Origin: Chitinophagales bacterium
GTDB taxonomy: Bacteria > Bacteroidota > Bacteroidia > Chitinophagales > CAIOSU01
Length of the DNA stretch: 64,000 bases
Reading direction: 5' to 3'
NCBI GenBank assembly: GCA_033762815.1
Contig: JANRLF010000002.1
Coordinates: 49,792 to 113,791, forward strand
Part shown: one piece after another, positions 8,304 to 18,800 of the stretch
Layout: each line of letters begins with the position of its first letter
Numbering within the stretch: position 1 is the stretch's first letter
Notes under the pieces: model-generated
Told to the model about the DNA's origin: nothing
The model's database searches: none
Seen by the model: only the letters and a program-made list of their open reading frames with translations
Translations under genes and position numbers: made by a program

Positions 8304-10418
8304 ATGGAACATGACATGCACGTACAGGATGTAAAATTAACAGTGGAGGGCATGACCTGCACTAACTGTGCCACTGGAATCAGTAAATTTTTAGAGCGAA
8401 AAGGTCTACAGAAAGTATCCGTCAATTATGCTACTGCTGAGGTGCGCTTTTCCATGGACGAGGGCACAAGTGTGGAAGATATAAAAAAAGGTATTGAGAA
8501 ATTAGGTTATTCTGTAGTTGGAGCTAAGCAGCATTTACGTGGACGGCGTTTCGGTTTATTGCAAATGTTCTTGGTGAGCGCTGTTTTTACTTTGCCATTA
8601 TTGTTGCACATGGTGATGCCTGTGCATGAACTGATGTTGCCTTGGGTCCAGTTTTTCCTTGCACTGCCGCCAATGGCAATAGGCTTTTATCATTTTGGCC
8701 GAAGTGCTTGGGGATCTATTAAAGCGGGTGTACCCAACATGGACGTGCTTATTATTATTGGTTCTTCAGCAGCTTTCGCATACAGCCTAGCGGGAGCCAT
8801 CATGAATTTAGGCAGCGATTACCTTTTTTTTGAAACAGCTGCCACCATCATCACACTCGTATTGCTTGGCAATCTAATGGAACATAGAAGTGTCGAACAA
8901 ACTACCACTGCTATAAAAGAGTTGGGTCAGTTGCAACCCCGTAAGGCTAAGTTAGTGCTGACCAAAAATGGGGCTGAAAACATTGATGAGGTTGAGGTTG
9001 ACAGTTTGAAGTTAGGGGATATACTGGTTGTGAATACTGGCGATAAAGTACCTTTGGATGGCACAGTGGTGTGGGGAGAGGCATCTCTCGATGAATCAAT
9101 GATAAGTGGCGAGAGCATGCCTGTATTTAAGATCAAAGGTGACTCTGTTACCGGTGGTACCGTTCTATTATCAGGAAACATCAAACTGCAAGTTTCTGCA
9201 GTGGGGGAAAGCACCTATTTGTCAAAGATTATTGAATTGGTAAAGAGTGCACAGCAACAAAAGCCTATGGTTCAGCGCTTGGCTGATAAGGCCAGTGCTG
9301 TTTTCGTCCCAGTTGTCCTTTCTATATCCTTGGTCACTTTCCTAGTTGCTTTTTTCGCTTTTGATGTATCCGTTACCAAGGCTTTGATGAATGCAATTGC
9401 GGTATTGGCCATTGCTTGTCCTTGTGCCATGGGCTTAGCGACACCTACAGCCGTAATGGTAGGTATAGGCAGGGTAACTAAAGAAGGCATTTTGATTAAA
9501 GGCGGCAGAACTATTGAGCAAATGGCAGGTATTAAGCAAGTGGTATTTGATAAAACGGGTACATTGACTACCGGGTTCTTCAGAATAAAACGTTTCCAAG
9601 TATATGCAGGGGATGAAGATGAAGCAAAATCCATCTTGTTTAGTATCGAGACGTACTCCTCGCATCCTTTAGCCAAATCTATTACGGAGCAGTTGAAAGG
9701 AACTAAGGAATTGACCTTCAATAGTACCCAGGAGCTTAAGGGTATAGGCATAAAAGCCATAGATACGGAAGGAAACTTGTATGAAGCAGGTTCCTATCAA
9801 TTGGTAAGGCACCTAACCACTGACAACCATTATGATATATACTTGCTAAGAAACCATGAATTGATAGCTGCTGTTGAACTGGAAGATGAACTGAAGCCTG
9901 AGGCTAAGACAGTAATCCAATATTTGAAGGATGCTGGAATAAAGACGGTAATGTTGAGTGGCGACCGCTATGAAAAGGTGCATCTGGCGGCAAAAACATT
10001 GGGTATGGATGCTTTTTATGCTGAGCGATCTCCGGAGCAAAAGTTAGAACTGATAGAAAAATTATCGGAAGATATACCTACTGCCATGGTGGGTGATGGT
10101 ATCAATGATGCCCCTGCTTTAGCTAGGGCAAGTCTTGGTATTTCATTAAGCACTGGTACACAAATAGCAATAGACAGTGCCCAGGTAATATTGGTAAAAG
10201 GTGATTTAAATGCTTTGAAAAGAGCTTTTGGTATTAGCAAGGTGACTATTACTACCATTAAGCAAAATCTTTTTTGGGCATTTGCTTATAACGTAGTGGC
10301 CATTCCCATTGCGGCAATAGGGTTACTTAATCCAATGGTAGCTGCTTTTTCAATGGCATTCTCCGATGTGGTGGTAGTATTCAACTCCCTAAGATTAAAA
10401 AGCAAACGTTTCCACTGA
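8304..10418 (+). CDS. copA: heavy-metal (copper-type, P1B) translocating P-type ATPase
   Basis: N-terminal HMA domain GMTCTNC, TM6 CPC motif (ACPCAMGLATP), DKTGTLT phosphorylation site, GDGINDAP hinge, and YN(x)4P in TM7. Confidence 0.92.
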   Translation: MEHDMHVQDVKLTVEGMTCTNCATGISKFLERKGLQKVSVNYATAEVRFSMDEGTSVEDIKKGIEKLGYSVVGAKQHLRGRRFGLLQMFLVSAVFTLPLLLHMVMPVHELMLPWVQFFLALPPMAIGFYHFGRSAWGSIKAGVPNMDVLIIIGSSAAFAYSLAGAIMNLGSDYLFFETAATIITLVLLGNLMEHRSVEQTTTAIKELGQLQPRKAKLVLTKNGAENIDEVEVDSLKLGDILVVNTGDKVPLDGTVVWGEASLDESMISGESMPVFKIKGDSVTGGTVLLSGNIKLQVSAVGESTYLSKIIELVKSAQQQKPMVQRLADKASAVFVPVVLSISLVTFLVAFFAFDVSVTKALMNAIAVLAIACPCAMGLATPTAVMVGIGRVTKEGILIKGGRTIEQMAGIKQVVFDKTGTLTTGFFRIKRFQVYAGDEDEAKSILFSIETYSSHPLAKSITEQLKGTKELTFNSTQELKGIGIKAIDTEGNLYEAGSYQLVRHLTTDNHYDIYLLRNHELIAAVELEDELKPEAKTVIQYLKDAGIKTVMLSGDRYEKVHLAAKTLGMDAFYAERSPEQKLELIEKLSEDIPTAMVGDGINDAPALARASLGISLSTGTQIAIDSAQVILVKGDLNALKRAFGISKVTITTIKQNLFWAFAYNVVAIPIAAIGLLNPMVAAFSMAFSDVVVVFNSLRLKSKRFH

Positions 10419-10462
10419 GTATTTCGTCTCGCATATCGCAGTGGTTGGATGGTGCCAGGGCC

Positions 10463-11728
10463 ATGCAGGCCTTTCAGTTGTTGCGCTTTGGCGGGCAAAT
10501 GCTGGTAAATATTTTATTGACCAAAAGTGCATTAGGGCTCCGCGATATTGGGCTGTTTGATACCTTTTTGTTCGTTACCACCTCCATTAGTTTCTTTTGG
10601 ATAGCAGGTATCACCAATTCCTTGATGGCATTGTATCCGAAAAGGGAAGGGGAGGAGCGAAAACTATTTTTGTTCAATGCCTTCTTTTTATTGGTTATTG
10701 CCAATCTACTAATATGTATTGCTTTTGGGGTATTTTCCAATCAGCTCATGTCTTGGGTGTATCCTGAAGGGGAGTTTCCCCATAAATGGTTGCTGCTGCT
10801 ATTTTTGTTATTCAACAATCCTTCCTTCCTTATAGAACATATACTATACTTGGAAGGCAAACCCAAACTGCTTTTCATTTATGGTACAGGCGTAATGCTG
10901 ATAAATGTTTTCCTAGTTCTGTTGCCTGTGTGGCTGGGGTATGGGCTACAGGGTGCATTGCTCGGATTGGTAGTATTTGCCATACTGAAATTCGTTTTAC
11001 TGTTAGCGGTGCTTACGCGCAATGCTCGATTTCAGGTGCAACCAGCAATGTTCAAGGAGCATAGTTATATCGCTTTGCCTTTAGCACTAAGTATTTTTGT
11101 TTCAGGAGCAGGTGATTTAGTAGATGGCTATTTAGTGAGTACCCATTTCGATAAGGGAGTGTTCGCTATATTCCGATATGGTGCCCGTGAGCTACCTTTC
11201 GCTATCATGTTGGCCAATGCATTCAGTACGGCTGCTATTTTGCATGTAGCCAAAGATTTAGAAACCTCACTACCTTTTATTAAGCAACGTGCCCGTCAAA
11301 TGATGCACTTGTTATTTCCAATCACTATCATCTTAATGTTGACAAGCAAATGGCTATACGTGTGGGTTTTTAGGGATGAGTTTGTATCCAGTGCTCCTGT
11401 ATTCAATATCTATCTTTTGCTACTAGTGAGCCGTATGGTATTTCCGCAGACTATATTAAATGGATTGAAGCAAACTCGCCCTATCCTTATTTTCGCTTTA
11501 ATGGAAATAAGCTTAAATGTGCTGCTCAGCATTGTTTTCATACAATGGTGGGGGATACTAGGTGTGGCCTGCGCAACTGTTATTTCCAGCTATTTCGACA
11601 AAGCCTGTCTCGTGTCGTACAATTGGATTAAAAATGGGATAACACCCACTACTTATATTGACCTTCGCTGGTGGCTGGCTTACACTGTTTTGCTGTTTTT
11701 TGTGTATGGATTTAGCTTGACTTTTTAA
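10463..11728 (+). CDS. multi-pass membrane protein, polysaccharide/oligosaccharide flippase-like (MOP superfamily)
   Basis: About 12 predicted TM helices with overall resemblance to Wzx/MurJ-type flippases. I use the ATG at 10463; the ORF-track start at 10445 is a TTG. Confidence 0.55.
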   Translation: MQAFQLLRFGGQMLVNILLTKSALGLRDIGLFDTFLFVTTSISFFWIAGITNSLMALYPKREGEERKLFLFNAFFLLVIANLLICIAFGVFSNQLMSWVYPEGEFPHKWLLLLFLLFNNPSFLIEHILYLEGKPKLLFIYGTGVMLINVFLVLLPVWLGYGLQGALLGLVVFAILKFVLLLAVLTRNARFQVQPAMFKEHSYIALPLALSIFVSGAGDLVDGYLVSTHFDKGVFAIFRYGARELPFAIMLANAFSTAAILHVAKDLETSLPFIKQRARQMMHLLFPITIILMLTSKWLYVWVFRDEFVSSAPVFNIYLLLLVSRMVFPQTILNGLKQTRPILIFALMEISLNVLLSIVFIQWWGILGVACATVISSYFDKACLVSYNWIKNGITPTTYIDLRWWLAYTVLLFFVYGFSLTF

Positions 11729-11737
11729 ACCATTATT

Positions 11738-12064
11738 ATGAAAACGATTGTGCTGCTGCTCATTTCCAATGTGTTCATGACATTTGCTTGGTATGGGCAC
11801 TTAAAATTTACCCATGTTGCGCTTTGGAAAGTGGTACTTGTTTCGTGGCTCATTGCTCTTTTGGAATATTGTTTCCAAGTACCAGCAAACAGAATAGGGT
11901 ATGGGCAATTCAGTGCGGCACAACTGAAAACCATACAAGAAGTGATAACCTTGCTGGTATTTGCTGGTTTTTCGTTATTCTATCTAAAGGAAACGTTTCG
12001 TTGGAATTATGCCATCAGTTTCGTCTTACTGATAGGCGCCGTGTACTTTATGTTCAAAGACTAA
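11738..12064 (+). CDS. DMT-superfamily small membrane protein (DUF486-like)
   Basis: 108 aa, 4 TM. NVFMTFAWYGHLKF...EYCFQVPANRIGY...QLKTIQEVITL is characteristic of the DUF486 family as I recall it. Confidence 0.7.
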   Translation: MKTIVLLLISNVFMTFAWYGHLKFTHVALWKVVLVSWLIALLEYCFQVPANRIGYGQFSAAQLKTIQEVITLLVFAGFSLFYLKETFRWNYAISFVLLIGAVYFMFKD

Positions 12065-12610
12065 TTATTTGTCTTTTACACAGCGGCAGCTCAAGCCCAT
12101 ATTTTTATCATAAGCTGTTTCCAACAATTTCGGACTGAATGATTTGATTTCCCTTGCCCATACCGTATTCCCTTGAAATGGGGTCGAACTCCAGAAAATA
12201 GCAGAATAGTTTTTACCGTCAAACTCCATTGCCTTCTCCGATTTAAAGCCACCATACACAGCATCAAAACCACTAGCTCCGCCCACTTTCAATTTAGCGG
12301 CAGCGGTTGCCTCTCCCCCAAGCGCAGCAGTTAGTTCCTTCCATTCTGCATCAGTAGGCAAGTGCCAACCTGCAGGGCATGCTTTTTTTGCCGCCTCCCA
12401 TGTGTATAGCCTACCATAAAGCTTAGTGTTTAAGGGGTCATTTTTATAGGAATAGCTTCCGGCAATATTGGTACTTACGTTTTGTGCCATCCATATTTGG
12501 TTGCCAATTTTTACTTCTTTTATTTCTATGGGTGCTTGTGGTGTATAAGCAGTTCCGAAAATTAAAGTGCCAGCAACCAGGGCAGTCAACAAAATAGTTT
12601 TATAGGTCAT
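12065..12610 (-). CDS. FISUMP (Fibrobacter succinogenes major paralogous) domain protein, secreted
   Basis: IGNQIWMAQNV...YGRLYTWEAAKKACPAGWHLPTDAEWKELT...GFDAVYGG...FWSST...GLSCRCVKD matches the TIGR02145 signature. Its stop codon abuts the convergent DMT gene with zero spacer. Confidence 0.8.
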   Translation of the reverse strand: MTYKTILLTALVAGTLIFGTAYTPQAPIEIKEVKIGNQIWMAQNVSTNIAGSYSYKNDPLNTKLYGRLYTWEAAKKACPAGWHLPTDAEWKELTAALGGEATAAAKLKVGGASGFDAVYGGFKSEKAMEFDGKNYSAIFWSSTPFQGNTVWAREIKSFSPKLLETAYDKNMGLSCRCVKDK

Positions 12611-12741
12611 ACGCTTCCATCATTTAGTGAATGTCAACTACAAATGTCAGCAATAACCAAGGCAAAGCCTTTAGTAGAGGGGTTTTAGATTTGCACGGCA
12701 GATTTTTGGTTGTACATAATTATGCACACATTATCCACACT

Positions 12742-13191
12742 TTATGCGGCGGAAGAATACATTAGCTCAAAATTTTCCCTTTGCAAATGTTTGTGCGACC
12801 AAATTAAAGCAGCCTTTTCCGTTAGGAAGGCACGCATAGGATATGTAGGCCTATTGATAAAGTAAGAAAGGTTGGCCAATACTTTTATTGATAAATTTGG
12901 TACGAGCAATGCCATGCTATGTTTGCTTTTGGCCGCCTGTTCATTGGTCAGCATCACTCTTGCCTCCATGTTCACTGATGCCATTCGGCTATCAAAAATT
13001 ATGGCGCGTTTGGTGTATTGCGAAAGCTGATCAATGGTATCCAAGATTTTTTTTGCTTCCTTAGGCCCAATGGTGGCACCTTTGAATGGAGATACTAGCA
13101 ATATTTCGTCTTTACGAAGGATAATGGTTGACGAGTCCAAAAGAATTTCAATATTGCCGCTCATAGTAGTTGGTTTGAATGAATAAGCCAT
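12742..13191 (-). CDS. hypothetical protein (possibly STAS/SpoIIAA-like fold)
   Basis: Clean 149-aa ORF with an ATG start. The fold guess is weak. Confidence 0.5.
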   Translation of the reverse strand: MAYSFKPTTMSGNIEILLDSSTIILRKDEILLVSPFKGATIGPKEAKKILDTIDQLSQYTKRAIIFDSRMASVNMEARVMLTNEQAAKSKHSMALLVPNLSIKVLANLSYFINRPTYPMRAFLTEKAALIWSHKHLQRENFELMYSSAA

Positions 13192-13229
13192 TCATTTTTA
13201 CGGCATTTTGGTAATAAGGTTTTCCTTGC

Positions 13230-14300
13230 TTAGGCTTGTAACAAACGCTGCATGGTATCGGCTTTCCACTCTGTTTCGTCCCATTCCTTCTGTTCATCCG
13301 AATCCATTGTGATTCCACCACCTAAATACAACCTTGCCTCGCCATTGAACAATTGCATACAGCGTAAGTTGACATATAGGTGGGTAAGTCCCAACACTTT
13401 GTTTGGGCCAATGTAGCCGGTATAATATCCTCGGTCATGCTGCTCTACTTTGTTGATTAATTGTATAGCTGCATTTTTTGGATATCCGGCTATGGCAGGG
13501 GTTGGGTGCAGTTCATCAATAAAGCCAGTGGGGATTTGCTTTGCCAAATGAGCCTCAAATTCCGTTCTTAAATGAAGCACATTGCCAGCTTGTATGGTTT
13601 GCAAGTCTGATTGACTAAAATTCTCAAAATATTCGCCCAAAATGCCTGCAATAGTTTCCGCTACAATTTCATGTTCTTTCACCTCTTTTTCGCCCCATTG
13701 CACAGGCTGTTCATCCATACTAGGGGCTCTTTGGCTACCGGCTAAAGCCATAGTAAATAATCGATGATCTTTTATTTCTAACAAAGTTTCCGGTGTTGCC
13801 CCCATCCAGCAGCCTGTTTCAATTGAATAGCTTAAGTAACAAAACGCAGAAGGATACAAATTGCAAGCATCAAAAAAAATGGCGAATGGAGAGCGGCTGT
13901 TTTTTACGAATTTAGTGCGGGAAAGGATTGCCTTTTCGATAGCACCTTTTTGAATAGCCGCCTTAATTGCTTGTACTTGTTGCTTATATCCATCGAAACT
14001 TGCTTGATGGTGGATATTGGCTATAGGAAGCGGAAGTATGGGAAAATCATCGCCAAAATCACTTGTTTTCCCCTTAATAACTATATCGGGTCGAAGGTAA
14101 AATGGCTTGTTGCTGGAACCTGGCCATGGTACCATGTAAAAGGCATTGCGCCTTTTTCTAAAATCAAGCTTTTGTTGCTGTACGATTAATACGCTCTCCT
14201 GACCTGGTATGCGGAAAAAAACGAATGGCCAATCATTGCTAAGGGCCTTGTTAAGCAGTTCAATACTGGCTTTGGCAATATCAGGCTTTGGCGAATACAA
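13230..14300 (-). CDS. menF: isochorismate synthase
   Basis: Chorismate-binding enzyme motifs LHPTPAIAGYP, GYYTGYIGP and LYLGGGIT. Its size (356 aa) is typical of Bacteroidota MenF. The start is apparently a TTG. Confidence 0.85.
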   Translation of the reverse strand: MYSPKPDIAKASIELLNKALSNDWPFVFFRIPGQESVLIVQQQKLDFRKRRNAFYMVPWPGSSNKPFYLRPDIVIKGKTSDFGDDFPILPLPIANIHHQASFDGYKQQVQAIKAAIQKGAIEKAILSRTKFVKNSRSPFAIFFDACNLYPSAFCYLSYSIETGCWMGATPETLLEIKDHRLFTMALAGSQRAPSMDEQPVQWGEKEVKEHEIVAETIAGILGEYFENFSQSDLQTIQAGNVLHLRTEFEAHLAKQIPTGFIDELHPTPAIAGYPKNAAIQLINKVEQHDRGYYTGYIGPNKVLGLTHLYVNLRCMQLFNGEARLYLGGGITMDSDEQKEWDETEWKADTMQRLLQA

Positions 14301-14856
14301 TTCTGGGGAAACGGTACTTCAGTAACTCAAAGCAGCCAAACAAGAGCGTAACATAAAATAAATCGCCAAAAAAGGTATTACGGAAAAAGGGAATGGCAGC
14401 TACATAACATTGCAGCAAACCCTGCCATCCTTGATACTCATTCATTGAAAGGTAGGAACCAAAGTTGGAGATTAAAAAGAAAACCAAAGAAGACGATATT
14501 GTAGCCGCTGCAATAGTAACGATGTTCAAACGTTGTTGGAGCAATCTGCCAATGCCAGCAATGGCAAGAAAACCGATGTAAACAAAAATGATTTCACTGT
14601 GTAAGCCGCTGAACGCCCTTAGCCCAATACTGTACAAAAAATCCAACATTAAATCGCTGGCCAACATTACTGCTAAAGGCAACAAAAAAGCCAAGCGCTT
14701 ATCAACAAAATAAGCCCCACCAAAAAGTGCCATGGCACCAATAGGGGCAAAATTGGGGGGCATAAAAGGTAAAGCCCTAACAATAGCCGCAACAAACACA
14801 AAACCCAATACTATCAATACTTTGGGTTTGTTCATCGAATTATTTGACATAGCCAT
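14281..14856 (-). CDS. DUF6580-like membrane protein (putative transport component)
   Basis: PPNFAPIGAMALFGGAYF and about 5 TM helices. Overlaps the menF start by 20 nt. Confidence 0.6.
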   Translation of the reverse strand: MAMSNNSMNKPKVLIVLGFVFVAAIVRALPFMPPNFAPIGAMALFGGAYFVDKRLAFLLPLAVMLASDLMLDFLYSIGLRAFSGLHSEIIFVYIGFLAIAGIGRLLQQRLNIVTIAAATISSSLVFFLISNFGSYLSMNEYQGWQGLLQCYVAAIPFFRNTFFGDLFYVTLLFGCFELLKYRFPRIVFAKA

Positions 14857-14875
14857 CAATCTAAATTACTTTGTT

Positions 14876-14883
14876 CAAAATTA
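14876..14883 (-). promoter_or_regulatory. Bacteroidota-type -7 box (TAATTTTG on the minus strand)
   Basis: Exact TAnnTTTG match, 20 nt upstream of the ATG at 14856. This is a motif match only. Confidence 0.3.
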
Positions 14884-15155
14884 CGATAATTTTTTCGGGA
14901 AAAATAAGATTAAGAGCAAGACTAGATTCTAAGCTAAAGTAATTAGGTGTTTTGTAGGAGCTATTAAATGTTGCTAAAAAATGTTGGAATATATACGTAA
15001 TATAGATAGATTTATTGACGCAACAGTGTGTAAAAGCTGGATAAGTTTATTTGTAAGCAACCAACCATTTTGCATAATTTTAAACAACTTATAAGCAAGC
15101 CCGTATAATGGTGACTGCATACCAAAACACGTATGCTGAAAGAAAGCAACCTTTC

Positions 15156-15806
15156 ATGAAGAAAATCAAGATATTAATTGTTGATGACCATCCTATGATA
15201 CGGCACGGTATTAAGTCGTTATTGGATGGCGATCAATATGAGGTAAGTGATGAAGCCAGCAATGGTGAGGAAGCACTACAGAAACTAGCAAGAGCAAAGT
15301 TTGATCTGGTGATTATGGACATTAAGATGCCAGAGATGAACGGTATTGAAGCTACGGAAGAAATTGTAAAGCGATATCCTGATGTTAGGGTGTTAGCAAT
15401 TTCAATGTATGATGAGCAGCGTTATATCATGAAAATGTTGCAAGCAGGTGCTATGGGCTATGTTCTTAAGAACACAGGTAAGCAAGAACTGATGACGGCT
15501 GTAAATACAGTGATGCAGGGAGAAAGTTATTTTAGCCAAGAAGTTTCGTCTATCATGATGTCTCAGTTCATGACTCGCAAGCCAGTGCAAACCGAGAATG
15601 CCAAACTGGATATCACACTTACCAAGCGTGAAACAGAAATCATCCGTTTAATTGCAGAAGAACTGACCAATTCAGAAATTGCCGACAGATTGGGTATTAG
15701 CCCAAGAACTGTGGATACCCATAGGCGTAACTTACTTCAGAAATTGGATGTGAAAAATACTGCTGGATTGGTTAAGTATGCTATCCAACACAACATTCTT
15801 GACTAG
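15156..15806 (+). CDS. LuxR/NarL-family two-component response regulator
   Basis: Receiver domain (ILIVDDHP...DLVIMDIKMP) plus a C-terminal LuxR HTH (LTKRETEIIRLIAEELTNSEIADRLGISPRTVDTHR). Confidence 0.9.
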   Translation: MKKIKILIVDDHPMIRHGIKSLLDGDQYEVSDEASNGEEALQKLARAKFDLVIMDIKMPEMNGIEATEEIVKRYPDVRVLAISMYDEQRYIMKMLQAGAMGYVLKNTGKQELMTAVNTVMQGESYFSQEVSSIMMSQFMTRKPVQTENAKLDITLTKRETEIIRLIAEELTNSEIADRLGISPRTVDTHRRNLLQKLDVKNTAGLVKYAIQHNILD

Positions 15807-15813
15807 TTCTTCT

Positions 15814-18800
15814 TTAATCCATTTCGTGCTTAAGGGGAATAGTGATATGGATGATTGTACCTTTTCCTGAGGCAGATTTGATTTCAAAAACTCCATCGAG
15901 CAGTTGGGTCCTGATTTTGATGTTTTTTAGCCCTATGCCTTTCCGTAAGGTTTTATTGAGGTCAAATCCTAAGCCATCGTCGCGGGTTTCCAAGAACAGG
16001 TTTTTGCCCTTAATAATCATGTCTATGTAAAGATTTTTCGCAAAGGAGTGCTTCAGTGTATTATTGATTATTTCCTGTATAATACGGTATAGATTGATTT
16101 GGGCGGTTTGGGGCAGGCTTGGTGGTAGTTCGTCAATATTTAAAACGATATTGATTCTGCCGCTTTTCATGGTGCGGCTGCTCAGTTCTGCCAAAGCTAC
16201 CTCTAAGCCTTCTTCCATCATCAGATTGGGCATAAGGTTGTGCGAAATATTACGCACCTCGGTTATGGCATGATTTAACAGCATACGGAGACTTTCCATT
16301 AATTCACTGTTGCGGCCCTCTGCACTTTTAACATTATGCTCCAGGGTCATTAAATTCATGTTAGCCGCTGTTAAAGTCTGGCCAATACCATCATGTAGGT
16401 CCTCAGCAATCCTCTTTTGTTCCATGTTTTGCCCTTCCAGCAGGGCTTTCGACACTTCTATTTCATTTTTTAGCTTTTCCATTTTCATCAACTCTGTCTG
16501 TATTCTTACCTTTTCTTCCAAGGCTTTCTGTTGTCTTTCAAGTGATTTAATCCTGCTCCTAATCAAAACACCTATCGCTAGAATGACCAATAAAGTGAAT
16601 GGGATAATAAAAGATAGATTTTTATAGAAAGGGGGTACAATTGTTACTGCAATCAATAAGCCTTCCTCATTCCAAGCATAGTCATTATTGCTGGCTTTTA
16701 CTTTGAAGGTATAGGTGCCGGGTGGGAGGTTGGTATAAGAGGCGAAGTTTCTTGAGCCAGAATAGACCCAGTCTTTATCAAAACCCTCCAACATGTATGC
16801 ATACTGGTTTTTTTGAGGGGTTACGAAATCGAGTGCAGCGAATTCAAAAGAAAGTACGTTGTAATCTGAATTTAGCTTAAGGGTTTTTATAGTATGGAAG
16901 GGTTGATCACTGTTGTATAGCTGGTTGTTAACCATCAGTTTGGTCAGTACTACTTTGGGTATGGCCTTGTTAAAGGGCATTTTTTCTGGATAAAAAGCAT
17001 TGAAGCCATTAATGCCGCCAAAGTATAGCTTACCGGTTTGATCCTTAAAGTATGCACCAGAATTGAACTCGTTACTTTGCAGTCCATCGCTGCTGGTAAA
17101 CTGGTTTACCGTACCAGATTTATCATAGGAAAAAAGCCCCACATTGGAGCTAAGCCACAAAATGCCCAGCTTATCCTGAATGATGCCGTAAATAACGGAG
17201 GCTTGGATTGCTTCGATATGGGTAATGGAGTCAATTTGTATTTGGTTGTCATTTACATTCCTGAACTTCATTTTTTTTAACCCACATCCATCAGTAGCAA
17301 TCCATAATGTATTGCCATCAATAATGGTAGAGAATATTTTTTGACAAATCAACTTGTTGTTCAGCTTATCGGTCAATTCTTGAACATTTTGGGTCAGTGT
17401 GTTGATGTAGTACAGGCCTTTATCGGTTGACAAGAAGAAGCAGCCTGGTTTTAATTCTTTTATATCCCTCACCGGTAATTGGAGGTCAGTAATGATACCG
17501 CCACCAAAAACATATTCAAAGCGCTCCTTTTCCCTGTTGTACCTGCTAAGCCCCGCATCGCTACCTGCCCAAAGAGACCCCTGTGAATCGACAAATATTT
17601 TGTATATCACATTTTGCGGTGCTCCATTTGCTTGTAAGCTTCCGTAGTGAAAATTCTCAAACGTTTCATTTGAAGGGTTGAATAATTGTAGTCCACCACC
17701 TTCCGAACCAATCCATATATTATGATCAATATCTTCTGTAATACAATATACTGCTGGGTTGATGGAAGGTTTGTCTGATGTTGGGCTTGGGACAAAATGT
17801 TTGTATCTGCCATTTTTTTTAAACACGGACATACCTGCATACCCGCCCACGTACAAATCACCGTTAGCAGCTACCATTATTGCCCTTATACTTCGGGCTA
17901 CCACGCTGCTTGAATCTAGTGGGTTATGGGTATATAGCTCAAATTTTTCACCTGGGTAATAGCAAAATACACCACCACCATTGGTGCCTAACCACATTAA
18001 TCCAGAGCGGTCCTGGTAGATGGATATAATATTGTCAGGATAAAAATTGTTTGCGCCTGTCAATAGGTTTACCGCAACGCAGTCATTTGCATTCATTTTC
18101 AGCTTCCTAAGGCCAATACTTCCATAACTTAACCAAATCTCATTGTTTGCGTCTTGAAAAGCCGTCAATAGAACCCCTCCCATCCAAGGCAGTTTATAAC
18201 AATCCAATTGTTTTGCTGGACTAATGATATCTGTTGCTGGGTCAAGTATATTCAGCCCTTGTATAGTGCCTATCCATATTTTGCCGCCAATATTGGACAA
18301 GCTTTCTATATGGTTACGGTACAAGGTTTCTTTGCTAGGGGAATACCTTTTAATTTTTCCAGTGGCAATTGCTATACGGCATAAGCCGCCAATTTTTGAA
18401 CCGACATATACATATCCTTGGTTATCGCCTGTTATGCAGGCTATATGACTGGAAGGAATTGAGTTGGTATCTTGGAAAACAAAGCGGAAATGTTCTAAAA
18501 TATTATAGTTCGGCCCTAATTTTAGCAGCCCCTCGCTTTCAGTGCCTACCCAAAAATTACCGTATTTATCCTCATACAAACAAGTAACAGCATAATTGCG
18601 AACTGAGGAGGGGGTAGGAAAAAGAATATGCTTAAAATGGTCTTTTTCTGGTAGATAGAGGTCAAGACCGCCATTTGTTGCTACCCACAGATTGCTTTTG
18701 CTGTCAAGCATTAGGAAATTGACATGGTTGCCAGCTATACTATGGGCATTTTCCTTATTGTTTCGGTAAATTTTGAAGCCAAAGCCATCGTACCTGTTCA

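Noticed and set aside
12731-12739. Perfect DnaA-box consensus TTATCCACA in the spacer upstream of the FISUMP gene
   Set aside because: It is a single isolated 9-mer. Roughly one chance occurrence is expected in 64 kb on two strands. There is no cluster of boxes, no AT-rich unwinding element and no dnaA/dnaN nearby.
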